From Octopus bimaculoides (lineage: Eukaryota), in contig NC_068988.1 in the NCBI RefSeq assembly GCF_001194135.2, forward strand, positions 42,596,974-42,653,090: 56,117 nucleotides of DNA. The letters are read 5' to 3'. Below the pieces are notes generated by a model. That model saw only the letters and a list, made by a program, of their open reading frames with translations, was not told the DNA's origin and made no database searches. Every line of letters begins with the position of its first letter. Positions within the stretch are counted from its first letter, which is position 1. Positions 23,060-34,549 of this stretch are shown here, in pieces. Made by a program: the position numbers and the translations under genes.

Positions 23060-24133
23060 CTGGATGAAAAAGAGATGGAAAGAAACAAAAGAAATTCATT
23101 ATAATTGCTTATACATGCACAGACACACACGTTCATACATATATATAAATACATATTCATCATCACCATTTAACATCTACTTTTCCAAATTGCATGGATC
23201 AGGTTGGACAGAATTGTGTTGAGGTAGATTTTCTACAGCTGGATGCCCTTCCTGTTGCCAACCTTCACCTGTTTCCAAGTAAGGACATGTTTTCACAAAA
23301 GATTGGAAATGAGGGATGCTGCTTTTATGACAGTGACACTCATTTACAACTATTATATGAAATCAAAACAGAGATAACACACAAACACAGACTTCTTTCA
23401 GTTTCTGTCTATCACTCACTTTGGTTCACCAGAGGTCATAACAGAAGACACCTTCCCAAAGTGCTACACAGCAAGACTGAACCTGGAACCATGAGTTTGG
23501 AAAGCAAACTTCTTACCACACAGCCATGCCTTTCTTACTTTAAGAGAAAAAAAAATTGCTGACTGAGTATGCTTCTGGTAACTTCAGTTCCAGCCTTAGA
23601 CATACATATGCATACACATACATATATGTAGTCCTTGACATACACAAAAAAAAAAAAATGTTCACAATTGGAAAGCTTTCACCCTAAATCTGCTCAATCA
23701 AGAATAAGCTGAGGATAAACAAAAACAAGCACCATTTAGAGAGGAAGTATCAATTATAAAGAAACCTCCCCACTCTTTGTTACTCATTTTAAACACATAC
23801 ATGACAGACATATGTAAACACACACACATGTATACATACATACATACATACACTCTCACTCATAAATATGGACAGACACAGTGGCACACGTACCTTATAC
23901 TCGTTTCAGCCACTGGAATGTGGCTATGCTGGGACACTACCTCAAAGGGTTTAGTTTAACAAGTCGACCCCAGTAATTATTTTTAAATGTGGTACTTATT
24001 CTGCTGATCTCTTTTGCTGAACTGGGGTTCATTTAACTGATTGGATCCTCGAAAACAGTGCCCTATCATGGATGTATTCTAGTGACTGAAACTAGCACAA
24101 GAATATGACAGGTGTGTGTAAACATAATAGGCA

Positions 24134-24505
24134 CAGGTGTGGCTGGGTGGTAAGAAGCTTGCTTTCCGACCATGTGCTCATGGGCTCAGTCCCACTACAC
24201 TGTACATTAGGCAAGTGTCTTCTTTGGTGAGCTCTGGGTTGACCAAAGTCTTGTGAGTAGATTTAGTAGACAGAGACTGAAAGAAGCCCATTGCTTGTTC
24301 GTTTGTGTGTATGTGTTTGTCCTACACCACTGCTTGACAACTGCTGTTGGTTTGCTTGTCACTGTAACCTAGCAGTTTGGTAAAAGTGACCAACAGAATA
24401 AGTGTCAAGCTTAAAACATAAATAAGTACTGAGGTTGATTTTTTGACCAAACCCTTCAAGGTAGTGCTCCAGACCAGCCATGGTCCAATGACTGAAACAA
24501 GTAAA
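24134..24505 (+). mobile_element. Near full-length tRNA-SINE family A
   Basis: GGCTGGGTGGTAAGAAGCTTG head through CCAGACCAGCCATGGTCCAATGACTGAAACAAGTAAAA tail; CpG-decayed. Confidence 0.85.
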
Positions 24506-24909
24506 ATATAAAAGGTATATGTACACACACACATACACACAAACATCACTAGTATGTGTATAAATATAGATCCAACAAAAGGATTACCCACCCAAGTTGT
24601 CAGTACTAAGGCTGGAAGTGCAATGGAAAACATGGAGGCAAAGAAGGCAGCTGATCTTTCAAGAATTGAAGCTAAGAGGATTAAAACAGCTGGTGAAAAA
24701 GATTACATGTTAGTCACATGCATAGTGAACCTGTAAGCACAGGCAAGACGGTGTCATCATACCCAATGATTAGTGTAGTAATATTACTGTCAACTACTAT
24801 AAGATGCTCTATAAAGGGGCAATGACAATGGTATTAGATTATAGAACCTAATTACGGAAGTTAGAAAAAGAGTCATAGCACAAGTGTTTAGAAACAAAAT
24901 TATAATATT

Positions 24910-25290
24910 GCTGTATTTCAGGATGGTCATTTTATTTTTTTTTTTTTAAACAAATAAACACGCAGTATTTTTTTTTTTTTTTGTGTTTTCTTCTTCATTC
25001 GTTTATTACTGTTATTTTATTATTTTAATGCCTGGAGTAAGTGAAGCAAGAACACACAAGGAAACGAAAAGTATAGCTGAAGAGGCCACAGATGTCTGAC
25101 AAAAGACAATGGACAGGTGTTAAACTTATAAAATAACAGTAATAAACAAGTGATAAACCAAAAAGAAAAAAATAGTGCATGTGTTTATTTGGCAAAAAAA
25201 AAAAAAAAAAAAANNNNNNNNNNNNNNNNNNNNNNNNNNNGGAAAAAAAAAAAAAAAAAAAAATGACCATCCCAAAATACATCTGTTTCA
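24910..25290. mobile_element. Fold-back MITE
   Basis: GCTGTATTTCAGGATGGTCATTTT...CAAATAAACA is mirrored by TGTTTATTTG...AAAATGACCATCCCAAAATACATC. Confidence 0.7.
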
Positions 25291-26436
25291 ACAAATGATT
25301 TCATATCAGGAATCTTGCAAAACGAATTGATAAACGTAAAAATTATAATAGATGCTTAAAAAGACACATCAAGTTAAGTAAAAGTGTGGTTGCCTGCATC
25401 CCTCTCCAGTTGAGCATTCCTAATTTTGCAGGCTCGTGGGAGTTGGTGTGACGTAACAAGTACCTCTACCAGTGCCACGTAGACACACCTATGCTGGTAC
25501 TGCATGAAAGCACCCAGTACGCTCTGTAAAGTGGTTGACATTAGGAAGGGCATCAAGCCATAGAAACCATGCCAAAACAGACAAGGAGCCTGGCCAGCAC
25601 CTATCAAACTGTCCAGCCCAAGCCAGCATGGAAAACAGACGTTATATGAGGCTGATGGTGTGTAGTTTGGCTCTGTATTAAAAAGAAGCACTACTGATAC
25701 CGTCTTCCTACTAAAACACTGCTAAAGTACCCAGTTAGGAGTAAGCCTCTATATCTAGCATTTGTTGTCCCACAAGGTCTTTGACAAGATTCTATTTTCA
25801 ATTATATAATTATTTAGAGAAATCACAGATAGATGAACGACTTATGAGGTCCAGCATGCAGGTAATAGTCCGTCAGGGCTAAGTCTTCAATCTCTTCCTA
25901 TTTGTGATAGTATTACAGGTGATAATAGAGTTCAAGACAAGCTGTGTATGGGAGCTCCTGTAATTAATAACCTAGTTCTCATAGCCATATCTGTAGAATA
26001 TTTAGAGATGAAATACTAGACCAGGAAGCAAAATCTAGAGTCAAGTGGCCTTAAAATATACTTAGTGAAGACTCAAGTTTTAGTAAGGAATAAAGGACTC
26101 AAGACACTGTTACCATCAAGAAAAGGCTGTGCTTGATATGCAGGAAAAGAGTGGACAGAAATTCTATATGTTGTACACAGTGTAAAATGTGGACACACAT
26201 GAGTTGTGATGGGGGTGCATTGGCAAGCTAACAGAGAAGGTAGACTTTGTATGAGGTAGATGCACAAGAATGTTTAGAAGTAAGAATATGTATGGAATAA
26301 AGTCCATCCAATGCTCAGATGAATCACTAAAAATAACTGACAGCTCTGGTTACCTTGCTGACCTAATTAACTATGGAGATAGGTGTATCAAAAGCATAGT
26401 GGACAGAGCAAGCTAAAGAAGCTATTACCTCTGCTG

Positions 26437-26830
26437 ACTAAAAAGAGTTTCTTAAAGTGAATGGCAGATTGCATGATGCTTGTGTATGAACATGTTGCAA
26501 GGTAGTGAGATGTGAGCCTAGAAGGTAGGGGATTTGTAAAGACTGGAAAAAAATGAAGCAAGCATGCTCCACTGGATGTGAGATGTTAGTGTGCATGAAT
26601 GATGGAGTACAAATGAACTGAGAGAATGCTGTGCTGGTATGGCCATATGATGGATATGGAGGATGACAGTTGTTTGCTGAAAGTGGATAGAACCTGTTAA
26701 GGAAGAATACCAAGGAAGACCTGGGATAAAGTGGTAAAGAGCTCACAAAGGAAATGACAAAGGACAATGATAATTGGTGACATACAGTGCTGGAAAATAT
26801 CCATGCATGACGGACATAATACATGTTATA
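26437..26830 (+). mobile_element. RTE LINE ORF C-terminal fragment
   Basis: Sequence-similar, in opposite orientation, to the RTE piece at 32440-32830 (GGCAGATTG.ATGATGC, AAATGAAGC.AGCATGCTC, GGAAGAC.TGG). Confidence 0.7.
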
Positions 26831-28441
26831 TAGTGATAATAGTGGAGGTAGGGATATATAATACATTTACTGTTTTACCCATTCGTGCCTATCAAGTTTC
26901 CATCTGCTGCACACCTCGTTCCCAACTATTGGATACACTTGCATTTCTCTAATACTTACCCGCTTTCCAACTCACTGGGTCTTGTCGCCAGTGTAATGAG
27001 GAAGATCATCATGACACAGTGAATTTGATATGATAAAACTAAACTCTTCTACCCCTACCTCCACCTGCATCACTACCTGTAGCTTTCCACTACTGCTAGC
27101 CATCATTCATTATTGACAGCCATCACTCTCACACACTTGCTTATCATCACTCATCTCCATGACACTCACCACCAAACATGAAACTACCATTAATGCCTCT
27201 CTCCTACTGCTCTCTGCCATTTCTTCTATTTCTCTCTCCTCTACCACCCTGTCACCCAAATAATCTACACTCTTACTTCTTTTACCCTCTCACCCTAATT
27301 CAACTTCTGTCATTGCCTTTTCTTTTATTCACCTTCGTGGTAACATGGCCATGAGCTAATCGAGACACTCTTTAGCCTTGCAGAGTACAAGGCTACATCT
27401 CTAGTGATAGTACCGAATTGTACTCAGCACATTCGGTAAAGTGTAACCAAGCAGATGCAATGTAGGACCAAGAGAACTATTTAGACTTGTCATGGGTATG
27501 ACAAGCTCTCTAACGCTAGTGACACAGTAAAATGCATCCAGTAAAGTGGTTTATGACTGAGAGGAAACAATGTTATGATCAAGAAAACTTTTCAGCTTTG
27601 CCAAGGACATGACAACCTTTCTCATGTTGGAGCTTGTCATATCCTTGACAAGACTAAAAGTCCTCTTGTTCCTACATTGTCTCTGTTTGAAAGCCAATAT
27701 TAAATGCACTCAATACACTTTGTAATGTGGTTGATGTTAATAAGGGCATCCAGCTGTAGAAACCATGCCGCAATAGAACACAAGTGAAATGTGATCAGCA
27801 TGATCCATCTAGGAGATCAGTAACTCTGAATAAGTGACTTGGACCATTAGGACCTGCTTAATATCTACTAGCATTGAAAGTAGATGCAAAATGATGATAA
27901 TGATATATAGCATATTTAATGTATAATATACAACATATAAGTATATAGTGTATCTAGTTACTTTTATCGTCGTTGTTTAGTTCCAGATCATTCCTGATTC
28001 AGCAGACCTATGATCAAAGTTGTTCCAGTCATGACCATCTCACCTATTATTCAGTGCTCCTAGTACTACATTACCTAATGTTTACTTCTTTTAGTAAGAT
28101 GGTAGTTTGTTATTTCTAGCAAACCAAATGATCAGAGAGACTACCTAGATGGCTAAAACGAAAAAAATAGTTTATCACAGAGATGGTTATACTAATTTCC
28201 ATAGTGGTGTCAATTTGAAAAGTGTTAAACAATCATCTCCAATAATGTTTGAAACATATTTTATCACAGTAACCTGAGCAAACTTTTTTTTTGTTTTTAT
28301 TATATCTCCCCTGTCCAATGCAGACCACCACTACTTTCCATCAATCCTAATGATTGTATTTAATTATTACTTTGTAACAAAGTTTAGTTGTAAGTGGATA
28401 TTACCAAAAACGAAGTAATCGAATTGGTTTATTAAATATAC

Positions 28442-28518
28442 CTCAATGATATCATTGTGTTCGAATTTTTTCAAAACTTTGATGGAAGATAATGATCCAA
28501 TTGCACCCAAAGCTTCAC
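28442..28518 (-). CDS. DOHH: DOHH coding exon 2 (77 nt, GEALGAIGSLSSIKVLKKFEHNDIIE)
   Basis: Acceptor TTTCTTTTACCTCTGCAG|GT and donor GAG|GTATAT. The phase 1 start completes the HEAG-EALGAIG motif and it ends in phase 0. Too short for the ORF track. Confidence 0.93.
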
Positions 28519-29479
28519 CTGCAGAGGTAAAAGAAATAGACAAAATATGAAGCTAAGATTATAAGATAATATAGATATCTATCATGTCAAGATGATAATA
28601 ACAAACAAATAAAAGACTGAGTAAAGAGCATAATTATTGGGAAGCAGCTATGAAGAACTTGTTGCTTTCTTTACACACCACAACCATCGTTCTTCTCATA
28701 CAACATACTCAACCACCTAAAAATTAAATACCACTGTTTTGTCCTGTATGTTTGCTTCATTCTTTCTTCTCTTGAGTCTCCTCTACTTTGCTATCTCAAG
28801 AAGCAAGGATATCTAAACGTTGTATGAATAATTACTAAAACATAAAAATGGGGAAACTTTTCAGTTTAAACTTTTAAATTTTACCTTGTAGCAAAATGAT
28901 ACAGATCTCAAGTTGAGTATGCAGCTCAATACTTTCTCATATACTATGTAGGTAAGCCATGGGCTATACAAAATAAAAATCAGTTTCACAAACAATGGAA
29001 TACAATAGAAATACATTCACACAAACACACACAGAGTTACATAATGACACAATTTTGTTTTCTATGAACAACAGTTAGTAGGATAAAATATATTCAAAAT
29101 ACTGAACACATATAAAGAGAAACACATTCATGCACACACACACAGAGTGATACATAGCCATATATTGCCTTTCAAATATTGGAGGTTATAATAATCAGAA
29201 GCATAAAAGACATTTAATTATAGCCACTTATAAAGAGAAAATACAGTTGTACACTCTTTAGTACATGCCAACACCTTTCAGATATTGGTAGTTATATATA
29301 TAGTTCATATGAAACACTGAAATAACAGTTACATACGTAAAGAAAGACATACATGCACACATCTTTGTATCAGTCTATGAGTATGTGATAAGGTGAGTGG
29401 ATTGCTATTTGACCTTCACCAACTCCAGCTGTGATATCTGCAATGATAGCTAGTACTAAAAGTATCCTAAAATGATTCA

Positions 29480-29810
29480 TCAAAATACCAGATTAGATTA
29501 CTAAGTTATCAGTGGTATCTCAATCGACAAAACTTGTTCCAATGCAGGCAAATGAATTCACCTGACAGCAATACCAGGTCCACCTGGTTATTGAAGGTTC
29601 AAGTATTGGTCTCCTTGGTTGATACTAAAAATCATCAATCATGTGTTCAGTGGAAACATTCAATGCAGGTCAGACATCCTACCACATGGCTGAGTAGATA
29701 TGGTTTTTGAAGAACAGGGCACAAACCAAAGACTGAGATCAAAAGCAGGATACATTATTCTATATTGCCTTGGTTTTACCAAGCTGTCGGAAGCAAACAA
29801 GCCAGCTGTA
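29480..29810 (-). mobile_element. Decayed CR1/L2-like RT fragment
   Basis: Remnant resembling the VPQGSILGP motif; heavily mutated. Confidence 0.3.
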
Positions 29811-29875
29811 ATTGCAATTTAAAGGGTTAGCTATATCATACACAGTGTCACACTGATTCTGACTAAGGATTATGT

Positions 29876-30095
29876 TAACCCTTTAGTATCCAGATTATTC
29901 TGTTGAATGTAATGCTTATTTAATCAAATTGCTTTGAATTTATCACCTATTATCTTGTAGCTTTGATATTTTGATGATGTGATCGTTATATTTTAAGAAT
30001 GACATAGGATAAGTGTGAGAGGCTGGATCTGGTCAGTTTAAGCATAAAACAAGTAAATTATTTGGGCCTGATATGGTCAATTCTAAAAGGTGCAA
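29876..30095. mobile_element. piggyBac-type MITE, second family
   Basis: Starts TTAACCCTTTAG. The related copy at 31160-31343 ends TAAAGGGTTAA. Confidence 0.75.
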
Positions 30096-31159
30096 GATGT
30101 ATGAGAACTATTCACTACAATACACTATAATACAATGAGCAGATATGTGCATATATATATAATCATCATCATCATTTAGCAAATGCTTTCCATGCTGGCA
30201 TGGGTTAAATGGTAAGCTGGAGAGCTACACTAAGTTCCAGTCTGATTTGGGATGGTTTCTATGGTTGGATGCCCTTCCTAATGCCATCATCTTTAACGTT
30301 CATGTTCCATGCTGGTGCACACATGTGTGTGTGTGTGTGTCTATCATCATCATTATTGTCATCTATGCTGATGAGGGTTAGATGGTTTTGTAGGATCCAA
30401 AAGGTTGGAAGACCATGTGCTCCACCAATGTCTCGGTCTCTATAGCTGGATGCCCTTCCTAGCACCTACCACTTTATGATGTACCTGATGCATTTTTCCA
30501 TGGCAGTAACATTATAGAAGTTGTCTTGCTGTCGGCAGGACTAAAGAGCCCTCTCAAGCCCTGTGTTGGCTCTGCTTGAATTGATTACCAAACACTTAGA
30601 GAGTGTGCCGAGTTCATTTTTGTGGCACCAACTGCAGTGGCGTTTGCCTTATAACCCACAAAGCAAAAAGAGACAATCCTCACCTGTTCTGGATGGACTA
30701 GGTTTATTGTTTTGAGAGAACTGCAGTAGAGAGAATAACAAAGGGATCAGTGTTGGAGTGAGAGTAATAGAGGAGACCGAGGGAAGAGATGGGGAAGAGT
30801 AATGTTAGTAATTAGTGTGGAAGAGAGGGGAAGGATACAACAATAATGATGATGGAATTGGTTGGTCCACTTGCCATGCCTGCACGGGTTGGACTCTTCG
30901 TCAGGGTCTAAGACAATTCTTGACATTACATAAGTTTAGTGTAGAGAGAAAAGATGATAGAGAAGGCTGAGTAGGAGGAAATGCAGTGCTCGGCCACATT
31001 ATAAGTGGGTGGATAAGATGTGTGTGACTGAAAGATAAGAGTGGTGATAGAAGGGAAAGGGAAAAGTAGTTGGAGAATTATTGAGAGTCAGAGAATGATC
31101 CAACATCATATATGGGTAGGTAGAATGAATGGTGCAGGGTGATGAGCCAGAGTATATAT

Positions 31160-31343
31160 TTAACTCTTTAGTTTCAGATTATTCTATCAAATGTGATGCT
31201 TGTTTATTCCCATTGTTTTGAATTACTCATGCATTATCTCATAGCTGTGAGATTTCTGTGATGTGACTCTTTACTTTGGGAATAATATTGTGGGGTAGGT
31301 TTAAGAAGCTAGATATGGCTGGTTTGAACGTTAAAGGGTTAAA
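31160..31343. mobile_element. piggyBac-type MITE, second family
   Basis: TTAACTCTTTTAG...CAGATTATTCT ... TTAAAGGGTTAA. Confidence 0.75.
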
Positions 31344-31649
31344 GTAACATGTCCAAGAGAACATGGTGACAGAAGAATCTGGCAAAGTAGGTAAAAGTTG
31401 CAAGAGTGTAATCCTTTCCCAGCCAAGCACTCCTATGTCGTCTTCAGAAAATACACATACAAGATACGGACATGTTCATTCCTTGTCAGTAATCATCCAA
31501 AAAGCCTTACAATTTCACATCTTTAACGATAATATTGTTCAGTTTTGGAAGTGTTAGTAGGAAAAAGCTGCTGGGAATAGTGAGTGAATGTTGAGGACAG
31601 TGATGAAAACAAACAACACAGGTAGTGGTATGAATATAAATATACATAA

Positions 31650-31745
31650 AGAAAATAAAATATACAATATACAAAAACAAAATAAAATATACAATATACA
31701 AAAAAAAAACAAAATAAAATACACAATATACAAACAAAATAAAGG
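31650..31745 (+). repeat. About 30-bp A-rich tandem repeat x3 (AAAATAAAATATACAATATACAAA)
   Basis: Direct reading. Confidence 0.75.
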
Positions 31746-32116
31746 CAGTACAGTTCTGAAACAAAGAGAGGACGTGTGTATAAGTAATGCAAGGAAAATG
31801 TCCTAAAGAACTGGAAATGGAAAGTAGAGACAGAAAGATAGAACAAAAGTTGAAAGACACAAATGGTGAAAAAAACAAACACTCAGTTGGAAATAGAGCC
31901 TGAGAAAAGCATGACTGGATGGTCAATAGCTAAGCAAAGAAAGGAAGAGGGTAGAGACAGGAGAATGGTCACAGGTCACATGGTAGTAGGAGGAGAGAGA
32001 AGAAAGTGGTGGAAGACAGAGAGACAGAAAGCAACAGAGGTAAGTTCGTGAGGAAGAGAGAAGGGAGAGGAGAAAAGAGAAACAAAGAGACATCACACAA
32101 ATATTACTGCTATGTA

Positions 32117-32830
32117 TATCATCATCATTTAACATCCGTTTTCCATGTTGACATGGGTTGGTTTAACATGGGGCTGGCCAGTCTGGGAGCTACCCAGACT
32201 CCAGCTGCCTGCTGAGGCATGGTTTTTGCAGCTAGATGCCCTTCCTAATGTCAACTACTTTACAGAATGTGTTGGGTGCTTTTTACATGCCATCAGCATG
32301 GGTGCATTTACATAGCACCAGCACAAGTGCATTTTATGTGGCATCAGCACCTGTAAAAGACAAGCCTGTCTGTATGGATGACAGTGATTTTATTTAGCTT
32401 GATGCATCTTCTCAAGAACACCAAACCACCACAACTCCTGGTCCCTCCTCAGTGAGGCCTAGCATCTGAAGATCCTTTCTCACCACTTCATCCCACATCT
32501 TCCTGGGTCTACCCCCTTCCACAAGTTCCCTCCACAATTAGAAATCAGTACTTCTCTATGCAGCTCTCCTCATCCATACACATCACATGACCAAACCAGT
32601 GCAGTCTTCTCTCTTGCACATATCTGATGCCTCTTATATCATTTACACTGTCATGTGTGAACACTGACATTACCCATCCAGCTGAGCATGCTAGCTTCAT
32701 TTCTTTCAAGCCTTCACAAGTCCTCTGTAGTAAAAGCCCATGTTTCACTGCCATGTAGCATAACTGTACGTACACAGGCATCATACAATCTGCCTTTCAC
32801 TCTTGAGAGAGAGGCCCTTAGTTACCAACA
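32117..32830 (-). mobile_element. 5'-truncated RTE LINE (ORF end, 3' UTR, (ATG)n tail)
   Basis: ERRLHWFGHVMCMDEESCIEK; tail GGATGTTAAATGATGATG at about 32117-32140. Confidence 0.85.
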
Positions 32831-33161
32831 AAGGTAGAAGCTCTCTGAAGATTGCCCAACCTATTCTTATTCCAGCATCTGAAATTTACTCAGCGCACAC
32901 ATATATATNNNNNNNNNNNNNNNNNNNNNNNNNNNNNNNNNNNNNNNNNNNNNNNNNNNNNNNNNNNNNNNNNNNNNNNNNNNNNNNNNNNNNNNNNNNN
33001 NNNNNNNNNNNNNNNNNNNNNNNNNNNNNNNNNNNNNNNNNNNNNNNNNNNNNNNNNNNNNNNNNNNNNNNNNNNNNNNNNNNNNNNNNNNNNNNNNNNN
33101 NNNNNNNNNNNNNNNNNNNNNNNNNNNNNNNNNNNNNNNNNNNNNNNNNNNNNNNNNNNNN

Positions 33162-33198
<37 letters not shown>

Positions 33199-33199
33199 T

Positions 33200-34549
33200 A
33201 TCATCATCATTGTTTAACGTCCGTTTCTGATGCTGGCATGGGTTTGACAGTTTTACTGAGGACCGGTAAGCCAGCAGGCTGCACCAGGTTCCAATCTGAT
33301 CTGGCAAGGTTTCTACAGCGGGATGCCCTTCCTAACGCCAACCACTCCAAGAGTATGGTGGATGCTTTTTACGTGTCACCGGCACAGGAGCCAGTCAGTC
33401 AGTTCTGGCATCAACCACATTCGGATGGTGCGTGCCACCAACACGGGAGCCAATCGGGAGGGGGAGGGACACAGGCATCGACCATTCATTGTCCACGTTC
33501 AGTAGACTTTCATAATGGCATCTCCAAGCCTCTTGCTTTGCCGAATCATTAAACGCAAGTGCACCATCATCCATGCAGACACATTTTTCTCCTATGACAT
33601 CACAATTTTCTCTCACACACCATCTTACAATCTTCAGTTCTTCGATCCGCACGTTGCTGAACATTGACAAACTTCTTTTCCGCCTCTCCCTTGATAATAT
33701 ATATCTGTCTCATAGCTTCCCTTCTGGCTATCTGATACAGTTCTCTGCTACCCCCAGTCTTCCAGGCTTCCCAGGCCTGTTTCTTTGCTCTAAGAGCCCT
33801 GTCTACAGTATTATTCCACCACCACATTACCCTAGGTCTGGATGGGACTTTGCACCAGCCACAGATTTGGTCCATGGTGCACAGCAAGCTGTCACACAGG
33901 AATTCCCAGTTGCCCTCTGTCACTAGTTTGCGGCTCCTCCTCCCTCTCATCAAATTTCTCAATGAGGATGCTCATGTGAAGAGTTCTTAAGCTTTCAAGA
34001 ATGGTCTGCTTCCTAGCATCCTTCTGGCCTCAAGTCTAAAGTCATTGATATCACTGTGTTGTTGTTGTTGTTGTTGTTGGTGGTGAGATCGGAAGNNNNN
34101 NNNNNNNNNNNNNNNNNNNNNNNNNNNNNNNNNNNNCGCATGGTTGCTCTTACATTCTTCACCAGGGATGGTCTTTGTATTTAAGAGCAACCATGCGTCC
34201 CGCTGTCTGGTGAGAATGAAATCAATCTGGCTAGCAGAGTCACCTCATTGATAGGTTATCAGGTGGCTGGCTGGCTTCTTGAAGTTGGTGTTGCAGATCA
34301 ATAGGTTGCTTGCATCATAGAACTCCAGTAGCCCAGTTCCCTCTTCATCTTGGGAACCAATTCCATGGCCCTCATGAACACCATGGAAGATACCAGGTTG
34401 CCATCTGACATGCTCATTAAAATTTCCAGCCTCAAAGATGAGATCATTGTCACTTGTCTTTGAGGTAGCCTGCAGAAGAATATCATAAAAGTGGTCCTTC
34501 TGTTCATTTGGTAGGCCCGCTTGTGGAGCATAGGCAGAGATAACTGCAG
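33200..34549 (-). mobile_element. Internally deleted RTE LINE (APE endonuclease, linker, 3' tail; RT absent)
   Basis: VISAYAPQAG...FYD.L...GNFNEHV...HEGHGIG...LLEF..A.NLLICNTNFKK...ITYQ*, then SQIDFIL, VMWWWNN, AKQEAWRCHYESLLN. Tail at 33200-33470. Confidence 0.9.
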
